Below are positions 1 through 18,240 of a stretch of 64,000 nucleotides of DNA, piece after piece. How positions within the stretch are numbered: position 1 is the stretch's first letter; every line of letters starts with the position of its first letter. The translations under genes were made by a program, and so were the position numbers. The notes under the pieces are model-generated. The model was not told where the DNA came from. It saw only the letters and a program-made list of their open reading frames with translations, and did not search any database. The stretch is from NCBI GenBank assembly GCA_033442325.1, contig JAWQFM010000002.1, positions 1,559,983 through 1,623,982 of the forward strand. The letters run 5' to 3'. The DNA is from Salpingoeca rosetta (taxonomy: Eukaryota; Protista; Choanoflagellata).

Positions 1-389
1 TGCATTTCATTTGCCCGTGTTACACTTCCATAACCTGTTTCAATAGAGGCGTAGCTTGTTGTCTGTCTGTATTTTTGATCCTCGTTCACGTTTCGGTGGC
101 CATAATATGCACAACAAACATGAGGCACTACAAACACGAAGCATTCCGTTCACGAACAACATCGAACCACCACTGCTGGCTGTACAAACCAACCACCCAC
201 CCACCCACCACCACGCTTGGGAGCCTCCACAAAGCCATATCACCACATCACACGGTGCCACGCATCACCACGCACAAACAAGCCATGACATGCATGATGC
301 ATCATGCCGCACCACATGACAGCACAGCACAGCACAGCACAGCACAGCACAGCACGTCACATCACACGTGACGGTACGGTGTGAAAATG

Positions 390-2986
390 TCACGAGAAGA
401 TGGTGATGACTTCGCGACCGCCACCACGAATCATGATGATGCGTTGCAAGTTCTCCGTGAGCACATCCACATACTCCATGTAGCTCATGGCTGCGTCGTA
501 GCTGTCTGCACACTCCTTGGGCGCCCCGGGGAGGTTGAGCAGTATCAAGCGCGCGTCATGCGAGTGCTGCTGGATGATGCGATTCAACTTGACAGACGTG
601 TTCATGCGCCGCACGTTGTCTGTGAGCGGCCTGTCTGCCCGCACGGCGCCGTGTGCTGCGTCTGCCCTGGAGCGATCGGCCACGGCCTCAGCAACACGCG
701 CGCGCTGCTTTGGCGAGAGATTCAGGTCTTCCATCAGCTGTGTCCTGCTCTCCATCTGTGCCGTTCGCTCGTACGTGTACGCGGAGATGTCCGAGTCGAG
801 CATTTCGACAACCTTCACGTCGGCGTCGATGCGCAGGTGGTACAGGAACGACTGCAGATCCTGCTGCATCTGTACGCTGTTGTCGTCGTTCTCCGCAACG
901 GTGAACACACGCAGGCGGCACTTGCGCCAGACCACATCCTGCTGAAGAAGGAAGGCGAGCAGCAGCAGCATACCGCCATCATGCACGATCCACCACACGT
1001 CAATCGTGCCTGTCTCGGGGACGCCCGGGTCGGGGAACATGTGCAGGTTCTTGGGCACGATGATGGCGTGCTCGTTGGACGCCGCGTCCAGCAGCACGCG
1101 CATGAACACGGACACCTGGCGCAGGCTCGCCGCTGCCTCCTCCGCAGATTGGCCGGCAGCCTCCGCCTGCGCATGCTCCAGACGCTCGCGCCACCCCTCG
1201 GGCCAGCCAAGCATGACTGTGTTGTGCTTGAGCGCGCCCAAGCCGGCGCTTTGCACGAGGAAGCTCATGCCCTGGGCGAGGGACGGGCACACGACCACCT
1301 CGGCAAAGCCCTGGATGTCTGCCTTCTTCATGGCGGCCTTGATGGCCACCTGCCCCGTGGCGCGGTCGGAGCAGCGCTCAATCAAGTCGCCCTCCAGCAC
1401 GCTGGCCACCATGTTCAGGCCCTTGCCGTTCTTGAGTGAGCCCGCGAGGTCCAGCAGGCGCGGCTCGCTCACGTCCAGCGTGGCGTCGTTCAGCTTGACA
1501 AACGTGAGAATCTGCGGGCGCCAGTTCTTGGTGTGCGGCTGGGCCTCCTCCAAGCGCAGCAGGCTGAAGCGCGCTGCCTGCATGCTCAGGCCGCGGATGC
1601 CGTCGCCCCACTCCTTTGCGGCGCCCTTGAACTCAATGTAGTAGTACACCACGGCGGCGAGCACAATGGCGGCGAGGGCGTAGAACCAGCTGGACACGAA
1701 CATGAGCAGCACGCACAGGACGAGCCCCAGGCTGGACAGGCTCCAGTGGTAGTACTTGAAGCGCGGGCGCCACGACGGCGCGCGCAGGAGCGACTGGAGG
1801 GAGCAGGCAAGGTTCACAAACCCGTAGCACATGAGGAAAAACATGGTGATGATGGGCGCCACGGCATCCAGTGACGCAATCAACACGCCGCATTCCGAAA
1901 TGATGAGCGTGAGCACCAACGCGCGCGTGGGCTCGCCAGACGCAGAGGCCTTTCCAAAATAGGAAAGAAACGGCAGCAAATTGTCCTGGGCAATGGCCTG
2001 GAGGAGGCGGGGCGCGCCCGTGAGGCTCTGGAGCCCGGCGCCGATGGTGGAGAGGAGAGCGCCAATGAGGATGACAATCGGATGCGGCCATGCCAGCTCG
2101 GCAATGACCAGGCCGCCGTTGATGCTGTCGCCAAACTTGTCGCGAAGCAGCGGGCCCTGCACAACGCCGCCGAGGAAGAGCACGGACGTGAAGTAGATGA
2201 GGGCGGTGGTGGCGATGGCGGCGATGGTGCCTGTTGGGATGGCACGCGATGCGTCCTTGAGGTCCCCGGAGCGGTTGGACCCCGCCATAATGCCCGTGCA
2301 CGCGGGAAAGAAGATGGCCAGCAGCAGCGTGAAGGACGTGGTGATGTCCGCAACGACAACGTCGTCGTGGCCCTTTTGTCCGGGCGCGGACTCGCCGCCT
2401 TTGAGGTAGTGGGGCCCAACGTTGCTTTGGAACACGCCGCTGCCAAGGCCCGGGAACGCCTGTACGTAACCGGAGTACGACGAGTTGGCGTTCTGCCACG
2501 TCGGGTAGAGCGTGGCATCGGCAGCGGTGCAGTTGCCGTCGTAGGAGCTGCGCACTAGGGCCTCGTCAATGATGCACACGTCCGGCTGGCGGGAGGTCGG
2601 GGAGGCAAAGTAGCCGATGTAGATGCACAGGATGGACAGCAGCACCGTCGCCAGGCAGAAGCTGGCAAAGCGGTTGACGTATTTGACGCCAACGAAGACG
2701 ATGAACCCCATCAGGCACAGCAGCACGGTGCCGTAGAGCCGCATGTTGTTGAGGAGAGACGGCGTCCCAGGCTCAATCTCGCCAAAGGCAGACATCCCCG
2801 GCGCAATGTATGTCTGGGGTGTGGAGGGGGACAGGGGTTCACGTGACGGGTGATGGTGATGGTCGTGGTCGTGGCGGTGACGATGCGGTGACGTTGACAG
2901 AAGTGATGGGGAGAGCACGAACGGCCGATCCATGAGGTGGTGCACAATACAAAGCACAGCGTCACGCACACACACACGCATGCACG

Positions 2987-3038
<52 letters not shown>

Positions 3039-3516
3039 AACACGCACACACACACAGCACAGCACCACAGCACAACATCACATGACATGGCATCGCAAGT
3101 GTGTGCGCACCAGCAAGAGCTCAATGGCACCGAGGGTGTACATGGCAGATGCAAATGCCGTTCCGAGATAGAACAGAATGCCCACGGCGCCGCCAAATTC
3201 CGGACCAAGAGCACGCGATATCATAAAGTACGCGCCGCCAGCTGGGGCAGTGGTGAAGGAGAAGGTGGTGGGGGTGTATGTGAGTGTGTGGATGTGCATA
3301 TGGTGTGCGTGTGGTGTGTATGTACGTGCATGGATGGCTTCAACCCAGATGCTATGAACATGAATGGTATGACTCTGCCTCCAACGTGTTGCTGCTGATA
3401 GACGGGTGGGAAGTTGTGTTGCCGGAACTGTTGCAAGCACGCAGAACACCACCGTTCCACACGTGTGTGCGTGTGTGTGTGTGCGTGTGTGTGTGTGTGT
3501 ACGTGTGTGTGTGTGC

Positions 3517-3561
<45 letters not shown>

Positions 3562-3896
3562 TGTGTGTGTGTACCTGGGACGACGCCGTTTGTTGCGATG
3601 GCGCTCATGGAAATTGCTGTAAGCATTGTCGTTGTCGTGCAGATCAGCACAATCAGCAGCGACTGGCAAGCAAAGCAAACAGGAGACAGCGAATCGCTTT
3701 GTGTGAGCGCACAGAAGCGTGTTGACGAACCATTGCAAAGCATATACCCGCGCACGCAAACACAAAGTCCGGGCATGTCAACACACACACATGTGCACAT
3801 GCACAGACACACACACACAGACAGACAGACAGACAGACAGACACACACACACACACACAACACACACACACACACACACAGACACACACACACACA

Positions 3897-3947
<51 letters not shown>

Positions 3948-4742
3948 GTCCGACGCCGGCGATGCCGACAATCCAGGTGAGGCGAAGGAAGAGGATGACA
4001 CCCAAGATGTTCTGGATGGTGGGCAGGTAGACGCCGACAAGCGTATTCATCTTGATGGGCTGCTTGCGCAGGAGAGCAAGCATGGATGACTCGGCGTTGA
4101 GCGGCGTGTCGTTGTTGCTGTTGAAGCGCACGAGATTGCTCAGGATCTGCGCCACGCGCGGGCGACGCTGCAACTCGGGCTAGTGGGCGATTGAGGGGCG
4201 ACCAACAGCGAGTAGCCAATGCAGGTACAGCACAAAACATGTGTGAGGATACGTTGTGCGAGAATATGCATGCCAGCACCGCCTAACACCACAAGGGAAT
4301 CAGCGTTCAAGGGGGAGAAGAGCAGCAGCGTGTGGACGTGTTTGCGAGCGTAGATGCAATGCAAACATACCTGGTACAGGGCAAGGTTCTCGGTTTCGGT
4401 TTCGTAAGTCTCTTCGTGCCGGGCAATGTCACGCAGGTTGTCGTATGGGTTCTTGCGCTGGGTTGATGAGGCTGCGGACGCGACACTGTCGCCGCCGTTG
4501 ATCATGGCCTTGAATTTGTCGGAGATGGGCACCACAAACTCATCGTCATCGTCATCACTCGAGCCGCTATTCAGGTCAATGCTCTCCGCATCATCGTGGC
4601 CTGTCGTGGAAGGGGGGTACGGAGGTAAGGGGGAGATAACACACAGATGCCATCGAATGTGAGGCGGAACACGATGACACGGGAAAGACAGTTTGGCGGG
4701 TATTCTCAAGACAGGAAGAGGGAGGGAGGCGGGGAGGATGAA

Positions 4743-4782
<40 letters not shown>

Positions 4783-5034
4783 AGGAAGAGAAGGAAGAAA
4801 AGGAGGGTAATGTGGCTCTATCAAACACACACAGACACACACACACACAGACACACACACACACACAGACACACGCACGCACGCACGCATGCACGCACTC
4901 AAAGGCGCACCATTGAGGAGTGCTTGGTCTGGGGATGTGCTGGCGTGGTCCTCCATGACATCTGGCTCATCTGCGTTGAGGAGGCCGCGGTTGAGATGCG
5001 CACCTCCGTTCGGTCCATGACCGTTCATGGCCAT
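390..5034 (-). CDS. K-Cl cotransporter (SLC12A4-7/KCC-like cation-chloride cotransporter), 6 exons
   Basis: Exons 5034-4911, 4600-4371, 4179-3946, 3662-3575, 3241-3111 and 2813-390 join in phase at GT-AG sites. Motifs: [98 protein letters not shown] and the C-terminal [12 protein letters not shown] typical of KCCs. Confidence 0.96.
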
Positions 5035-5507
5035 GCTGCTGCCAACACGACGTTGTGGCTGTCGTTTTATCGATCGTACGACGCGCGTGCGCTCGCGCTC
5101 TCTGACAACAAAGCTCAAGTAATCTCAGCTGCAACACGGGATCAGGTGGTGCGATGGAAGCTGTGCAGGATGTAGAGGAGGGGGAAAATGTCAATCGCAG
5201 CGCAGCTATCTCCGTGCAAGAGATCCGTCTGCGTGCGATCTCCCGTGCTCGTTCTCGTTCTCTCCCTGTGGCTTGGGGTCGGCTGCGACCAACTCACAAG
5301 TCAAGGCAAGAAGAAGAAGTGAAGCAGCAGAGCGAGGGAAAGCGTTGTGTGGCGCCTTCGAGCTTGGCTTGTTGGTTTCTTGGCTTCTTCTGATGTGAGT
5401 TTGGCGTTTGTTGCGAGTTTTTCTTTTCGTCAGCAGCAGGACAACGACTGCGGTTGCAAGCACGATTGTTGATGGATGGTGTTCACAAATTTTCTTGTTT
5501 GCCACCG

Positions 5508-5523
5508 CCGCGAAAATTTCAAA
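5508..5523 (+). promoter_or_regulatory. E2F/CDE plus CHR-like element upstream of SKA1
   Basis: CCGCGAAAATTTCAAA: the reverse complement contains TTTTCGCGG (E2F-type), directly followed by TTCAAA (TTYRAA, CHR type). It lies 16 nt before the SKA1 ATG. Confidence 0.5.
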
Positions 5524-5539
5524 CGGAGAGGAGAAGACG

Positions 5540-7061
5540 ATGGAGGCGCTGTTGGAGGTGTTTGCTTGCCGCGTTCGCGAGCTCAAGCAGGGGCTGGTGT
5601 TCCTGCAGGAGGAGGAGGGGGAGGGGAAGGAAGGGGATGTGGACCTGCAGCAGGAAAGGAGTGGAGACAAGAAGACGAAGAAGGCCAGCAAGAGGCGCAA
5701 AGGCGAGCAGCTGCTCGGCGCCTTGTGGGAGCTGGACAAGTCCCTCACAGAACTGGAAGGCAGGGTGAGTTGCCGCTGAGGCTGCTGGTGCTGGTTGTTG
5801 TGAGCAAAGGAGGTGCGGAGGTTGACGTGCAAGGCGCTGATTGTGATGGTCATATGTCCACGCAGGATCGTGCTTGTGCGTATATTTGTGTGTGTGTGTG
5901 TGTATGCATCTGGTTGCATACATACAGGATTGTAGTATGAGTTGCTGCATCGTTGTTTGTTTCTGTACGTGTGTGTGTTGTGTAGATTGCAGCTGGATGT
6001 GTCTTGCCCCTGTGTGCGCCCTGCTTGGACGTGTGGGTGTGGGTGTGTGAGTGCGCGCGTGCAGCTGACATGATATGCTCTCGGGTGCTTGTGATGCAAT
6101 CGGTTTGCAGATGGATTTTGTCGAGTCCAAACTCGATGAGGAAGAGACGGAGATGGAGCAAGTGCGTGAGTACGTGACTGCACTGCAGTACCAGAACGAG
6201 CGCGCACACGATGCCCTCGAGAATCTTCCAAAAGGCGTGCCAAACCCTCCCAGCAAAACGAAGAGCAAGGAGAGCGCCAAGGTGAACAACGCGCGCGTGC
6301 TCCAGCCAACACATCAGAACCACAGCGCACAACAGAAGCAGCAGCAGCGCAAGCCCGCCAGCAGCAGACAGCCACTCGCGCCCATCACCAAGACAGAGTT
6401 TGAAACACTCAACCCTGCCATCCGCAAGAGGTGTGTGTGTGTGCTTGTGTGTGTGTGTTTGTTCGTTTGTGGTTGTGTGTGATTGTGTGTGTGTGTGTTT
6501 GCACAACATTGCTACAGCACTTGTTTCACAAATCACACCAGGCAGTAGCACTCACTCACTCACATACTCACACATACACACACACACACACATGTCCGTG
6601 TTGAAGACTGAGCCTCGACCGCATGAACGAAGTCGTGGAGGGCATCAAAGCTACCATGTCGGCCACTCACAAGGGAAAGAAGGTGAGCCGTTGCGGCCTT
6701 GTGGCTGGCGTCGTGCTGTGCTGTGTTGGCAGCTCTCTCTGCAAAATGCACAACTTGCACATCGAAGTGCACAAGACAAACACGCAGGCAGACAGGCAGG
6801 CAGACACTCACGCACACACACGCACACACAGTGAACAGTGAACAGCACATTCACACAACACAACACATATTCACATGCATCTTCCTTGCGTGGTATTGAC
6901 GGCAGTCCAACTACAAAGGGTTCACGCGCACGGATTTCGTCATGCATTCCGGTGTTGCCGCGCGCGACCTGGCACGATACATGGGCGCTCTCAAGTCTCT
7001 TGATCGCATCACAGAAACACACGCAAGCGGCAGCACAACATACCTACCAACATTTGCTTGA
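5540..7061 (+). CDS. SKA1: Spindle and kinetochore-associated protein 1 (SKA1)-like, 4 exons
   Basis: Exons 5540-5764, 6111-6430, 6607-6683 and 6906-7061 are in phase. An N-terminal coiled coil ends ...ALENLPKGVP (human KENVPSHLP). It continues PITKTEFETLNPAIRKRLSLDRMNEVVEGI (human PFITCDEFNGVPSYMKSRLTYNQINDVIKEI) and ends GALKSLDRITETHASGSTTYL (human NILRHCRRLSEVRGGGLTRYV). Confidence 0.8.
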
Positions 7062-7497
7062 AGCGCACGCACGCGTGTGTGTGCGTGTGTGTGCGTGTGT
7101 GTGCGTGTGTATGCATATGTGTATGTGAAGCTGTGATGTTGTCGTGTTGCCCGCCTCAGCGCTGAGTATCTTCTTGCCGCATGCGCACGTCTGCGCTCTT
7201 GTGCTGGTGTGCCGTGTGGCTGTGGTTGTAGTGGTGGTGTTGTTGTTGCTTGTGGTCGTCGTCGTCGTCGTCGTTGTCGTTGTCGTCGTCGTCGTTGCTG
7301 TTGCTTTCTTTGTTCTCGGGATGTACCCGCTGTAGTGATGGATGGGAACGGAGGGAGTGGATGTGAGCTTTTGTAAGTGAACCCCAGAAAATGGCCGTGC
7401 GTTGACCATCGGCGCTGCTGCTTGGCTGTCAGTACTCTGCATGTGTATGTATGTGTGTGCCAGTGCGCGTGTCCGTGTGCGTGTGTGTGTGTCAGTG

Positions 7498-7528
<31 letters not shown>

Positions 7529-7921
7529 TGCAGTGCTGCTGTCACGCCATGTACACGCGTCGCATTCACGTAACCCAATACAATGCGATCGACTTTGTGC
7601 TTGGCGCCAGTGACGGTGCATCGAGCAAAGACTTTGGCGGAGCCAGTTATGTATTCATTCGTGCAGTTCACCACAGACGTGGATGTGAAACGCAATTGAG
7701 TTTAGGATAAGCAATTAGTTAGGCGGCTACACACGTTAAGGGGAGAGGGAAACAAACGAGTGCGGCGAAGAAAGGGCAGTTGAAAGCAAACAACCAACCG
7801 CCGCACTGGCAAACAAAAAGGAAACCAACACAAAGCGCCGGCACACGCACTCACGTCGCAAAGCAAAAACCGGTCCAACCACCAGCCAAACAAGCGAAAC
7901 AGTAGGAGGAGCACACATGAG

Positions 7922-7975
<54 letters not shown>

Positions 7976-8019
7976 CAAAACACAGCCAAATGGCAGTGCT
8001 GAGACTTGATTGCATCACG

Positions 8020-10220
8020 TCAGTCCTCATCTTGCATGGCCATTCGCAACTCCTGCAGCTCAGCGGGACTCAGCACGGGCTCCTCATCCTCTCCGCTCGT
8101 CTGCGTGCTCGTGCTTGTGGTCGTGTGCGGTGGAAGCTGGAGATCCGGCACACTTGCACGTGCACGCGCGCCTGTCGTGGATGGCGTGTCCACGACAACC
8201 ACACCGTCACTGTCATCGTGATCATTTTCATCAGCAACATCAGCATCGTCTCCATCAGCATCGCGAGCGTCTGCAACTGTTGGCGGCGCCTTCTTGCCGG
8301 CGTTCTTCTGCTCCGTCTTCTTGGCTTTGGCCTTTGCTGTTGTCTGCTTCTTTCCTTCTCCCTTGGCGGGACGCTTCTTGCTTGCCTGCCTGCCCTCTGC
8401 TCCCGTCTCCGCGCCGTCGACACCAGCGCCACCGCTGACAGCTGGCACCGCATTCTTGTCCTTGTGCGCACGCTTCTCACCCCCCTCTGCCTCTTTCTCA
8501 TTGCCTTCCCCTTCCCCCTCCTCATCATCATTTCCTCCTTCATCGCCATCTCGGTCATCATCGTCGCTGCTGATGCCTGGTTCCCCCCTGCCCTGCTGCT
8601 GCTGCTGCTGCTGCTTCGTTGACGTTGAAGCTCTAGCAGCAGGCGTGACAGTTGCGGCTGTGTCCGGTTGTGCTGACTCAGCAGTTTGCTCCGCGTGCGC
8701 CTGTCGCTGGTGGGTTGGCGCGTCCTCTTGGTCGCGCTGTTGCTGTTGTCGTTGTTCTTTCTGGAGTAGGCGGCGTTGCTTGCGCTGCTCCTCACGCTGC
8801 AGTTTCGCGCTTTCCTGGAGAATAAACGCCTGCACCTCCTCCAGTTGTCTGCACGCGGTGCGATGTTGTGATATGTCGATGAGGAAGTGAAAAATAAAGA
8901 AGGAAAGGGAGGTGTGTGTGTGCACACGTGCATGTATGTGGATGCAACTATGCGCATGCATGTGTGTATGTGTATGTGTGTATGTGTGTGTGTGTATGTG
9001 TGTGTGTGTATGTGTGTGTATATGTGCGTGGTTGTCCCCATCAACTCGCTTCCTCCTCGTTCCTCTCCACAAAGAGAACATGCGAGTGGCACTGACGTGT
9101 ACACGGGGACGTCGAGCGTCTCTGCTCCGGCTGGCGGCGGCTTCGTTGGCCCCGAAAACACACACACGGGCTTGTCGTACAGGGCGGAGAGAGCAAGCTC
9201 AGAGGCGGTGCCTTTGCTGCCGGGAAGACAGACGATGATGTCGCTGGTGAGGATGTTGATGTGGTTGCGGCTCTGAGGGCTGTTGTCCTTGCCTGCCAAG
9301 TGCGTGATGATGGGGATCTCAACATATGGGTTTGGGTACCCGGGCTGGTGTATGCGTGTATGTGTGTGCGTGTGTCATGGTGGGATGGCAGATGAGATGG
9401 TGGTATCCAATGGTCGTGATATAGAACACCCACGCGAGCAAGCACACGTGACGATGTAACATGAGTCACACACATAAACGAACAAACGAACAAACAAACG
9501 AACAAACAAACAAACAAACAAACGAACAAACAAACGAACAAACAAACAAACAAACAAACAAACAAACAAACAAACAAAACAAACAAACAAACAAACAAAC
9601 AAACAAGTAAGATCGGCTGGACGTACGTATGGCGTGCGGTTGTCTTCGCTTGAGCGAACAACGCCGACGCATCGTCCGTGACGCTTTCGCACGGAGACAA
9701 ACGCCTTGCTGGCTGCTTGCATCACGCCGCGCCCGCCACCCGTCAGCAGATTGTACCCGCGCTTGGCCAGCCACCTGATCCGTGTGTTGTGGTGTGGTGT
9801 GTGTATGGGGGAGTGTGTTGGATTGAGTGTCGTGGATGATTGTGTGCGTGTGTGTGTGCGTTTGTGTGTGTTTGTATGTGCATTGTGAGTGTATTCGTGT
9901 GTGCAGTGTGAGTGCACGACGGTTGCGTGCGTGAAAGCAAGGGAATCGTTGGTGTAAGTGCGCAGGGTTGCTCATTATGTTTGTGAACAAGGGCGGGCGC
10001 TGGGTAAGAAGTGACGTACTGCGCAAGCGGACAGGCAAGCTCAGCGTGGGAGTCAGTGCCTACATCAGAGAGTGTGTGTGTGTGTTTGTGTGCGTGCGTG
10101 TGTGTGTATGTGTGTGTGCGTGTATGTGTATGTGTATGTGTGTGTGTGTGCAGTGTGTTAGAAAGGTTCAAACAAAGTCAGCGGTGCAGGCATCCATGCA
10201 CCAAAGTGCAAACCACACAG

Positions 10221-10277
<57 letters not shown>

Positions 10278-11180
10278 ATGCACCTGATCCCATGATGCCG
10301 ACGGTAAGGAGGCGGATGGGGCGCGGATCCAAGCGCTCCTCGATGCTCAGCTGCTCCATGCCAGACTGATGGTCACGTGCGTGTGCGCGTGTGTGAGGAT
10401 GAAACGTGGGGTTGATGCAAGTCGGCGCTTTTGATGCATGCACGCATGCGAGAGCACATGCAACCCAAGACAATGCAGGACAACGCACGTCAAACGCCTT
10501 GAGTGTTTCCCCGGCAGACTCAATCAGGCTGGTGCCGAAGCTTCGGGCCTGGCCAACGAAGCTCATGAAACCTGCAGCAATCTCATCAAGCTGATTGGTC
10601 CAAACACAAGAAAGCAGCACCAACAGCGTGAACACCGCTCACGCTGTGTGTCCTTGTGCAAATGCGTGCATGTGCATGTGTATGTGTGTGTGCGAGTGCG
10701 TGCGCGCGTGTGCGTGTTTTCAAATACACAAGAAGCACACATACATCAAGGCAAGTGTGGGCGTACTTCGTGTTCGATATCCTCTGCCAGGGTGCGGTGC
10801 GGAGAGTGGGGTTGCTGTCCCGTAGCCAGGGCGGCACCTGTCCGCGTGGTTGCTTGAGCCGAGCGAGGCTTCTGGGGTTTATTTCTCCTTTGTGTCGTCT
10901 CCTGCTGCTCCTTCACCTGATCGTCTGTGTCATCCCGAGCAGCGCTCTTGCCGCCAACCCCGGTCGCGCGGCCATCACCACCCTCATCATCACCCTCATC
11001 ACCATCGCTAACCTCATCATTAAGGTCATTGTGTTGGGTGTCCTTCGCGCCCTGCGGGTCTTCTTGTTCTTCTTGTTCTTCTTCTTGTTGCCGTCGCACG
11101 GCTTCCTCGTGCCGCAAGCGCTCCATCCTCTCTTCTTCGTCTTCGCCAAGGAGCAACAGGTCCGTGAGCCAGCCGCTCAT
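8020..11180 (-). CDS. SLOG-superfamily (LOG/Moco-carrier-protein-like, Rossmann-type) protein with long acidic, low-complexity N- and C-terminal arms, 7 coding exons
   Basis: Exons 11180-10767, 10590-10489, 10365-10284, 10059-10020, 9774-9627, 9344-9097 and 8848-8020 are in phase. Core: VGIMGSG...NLLTGGGRGVMQAASKAF...GYPNPYVEIPIITHL...SRNHINILTSDIIVCLPGSKGTASELAL...DKPV, with the TGG.GVM and PGxxGTxxE SLOG motifs. A probable 5'UTR intron spans 11589-11211. Confidence 0.85.
9475..9606. repeat. (AAAC)n tetranucleotide microsatellite, intronic
   Basis: A direct run of aaac/gaac units inside the SLOG gene intron. Confidence 0.95.
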
Positions 11181-11504
11181 GGTCCACACGTTTCCGAACG
11201 CAAGCCACCACTACCACGAATATATGTGCGTGAGCGTGTGCGTGTGTGTGTGTGTGTGTGTGCGTGTACGTGAGACCTTGTGCGCGTGTGTTTGCCAGCT
11301 TGTGTGCGTGCCTGTGCAAGATGCACAGCAACGAAATGCACAAGAGACGCACAGGAAGTACAGCAACGCCCTCCCGCGATACAGATCACATGAATACCAG
11401 CCAACCAGCCACACAACCAGTCAAACCAATCAGCAAAAGTACATAACCGTCGCCCCCACCACTAATCCCTGTGTTGTGTTGTGTTGTGAGAACTCCACAC
11501 ACAC

Positions 11505-11573
<69 letters not shown>

Positions 11574-11796
11574 CACACACACATCGCACCTCGAAACACT
11601 CGCTTGCTGACTCGCTGTGCTGCTGATCGACAACCACCAACAGACAACAGTCGCACCCCCTTGCTGTTGCCTGCCTGGTTTGTTTGGAATTGCGGGCACT
11701 CCCGTTTTTGCTGACTGTGCAGAAATTGTTTCAGGAAATATTGCTGGAAACATGGCGAATCGCAGGAGCGCTGAAATTTATCAAAAATCAAGAGTT

Positions 11797-11807
11797 TTTG
11801 GCGGGAA
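11797..11807 (+). promoter_or_regulatory. Canonical E2F site upstream of MCM7
   Basis: TTTGGCGGGAA, about 145 nt before the MCM7 ATG, in the SLOG/MCM7 divergent interval. Confidence 0.6.
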
Positions 11808-11952
11808 GACGCGACGAACCAGCAGAACAACAAGCAAGAAGCAAAAAGACGGCAGCCACTGCCAAACCACAACAACATCATCAGCTGACAGAGTGCGTGG
11901 CGGTCGAGCGGAGGACAACCAGCAACCAAGACTCACCAACCAACAGACAGCC

Positions 11953-17876
<5,924 letters not shown>

Positions 17877-18240
17877 TTCGCTGTGCTCGATGTCATGCCC
17901 TGTTGTGTATGTGTGTGTGTGTGTGCGTCATCTCCGTATCTTCCATGCATTCCCGCTTTGTGTACCCTTTGTCTTTAGCTTGCTCGATGTTTTGTTTGTC
18001 TGGACGTTCTGTGTTGCCGCGTTGCTATGCCGTTCGCTTGCTTGGTCCGGCATTACCCCTCTTGCTCGTTGACTGCACACAAACACACTTGCACACATGC
18101 ACACACGAGCACACATGCCATTCTTCCGCCCTTGCCATGTCTCTCGCTTACGTTTCTCTTTGAATGAACAAATGCAAATCAACGCAAAGCCAAGCCAACA
18201 CACACACACACGTGCACACACGCACGCACACACAAATGTG

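Noticed and set aside
381-1439. 352-aa + strand ORF and other long ORFs antisense to KCC, THUMP, Rap1 and the F-box gene (e.g. 29082-30623, 59053-60213)
   Set aside because: Antisense shadows of GC3-rich coding exons, with no motifs of their own.
2932-4089. Numerous CVCVCV/HTHTHT ORFs here and throughout the window
   Set aside because: Translations of intronic (GT)n/(CA)n microsatellites, which contain no stop codons.
5206-6375. 389-aa minus-strand ORF
   Set aside because: Antisense to SKA1 exons and intron; no recognisable protein.
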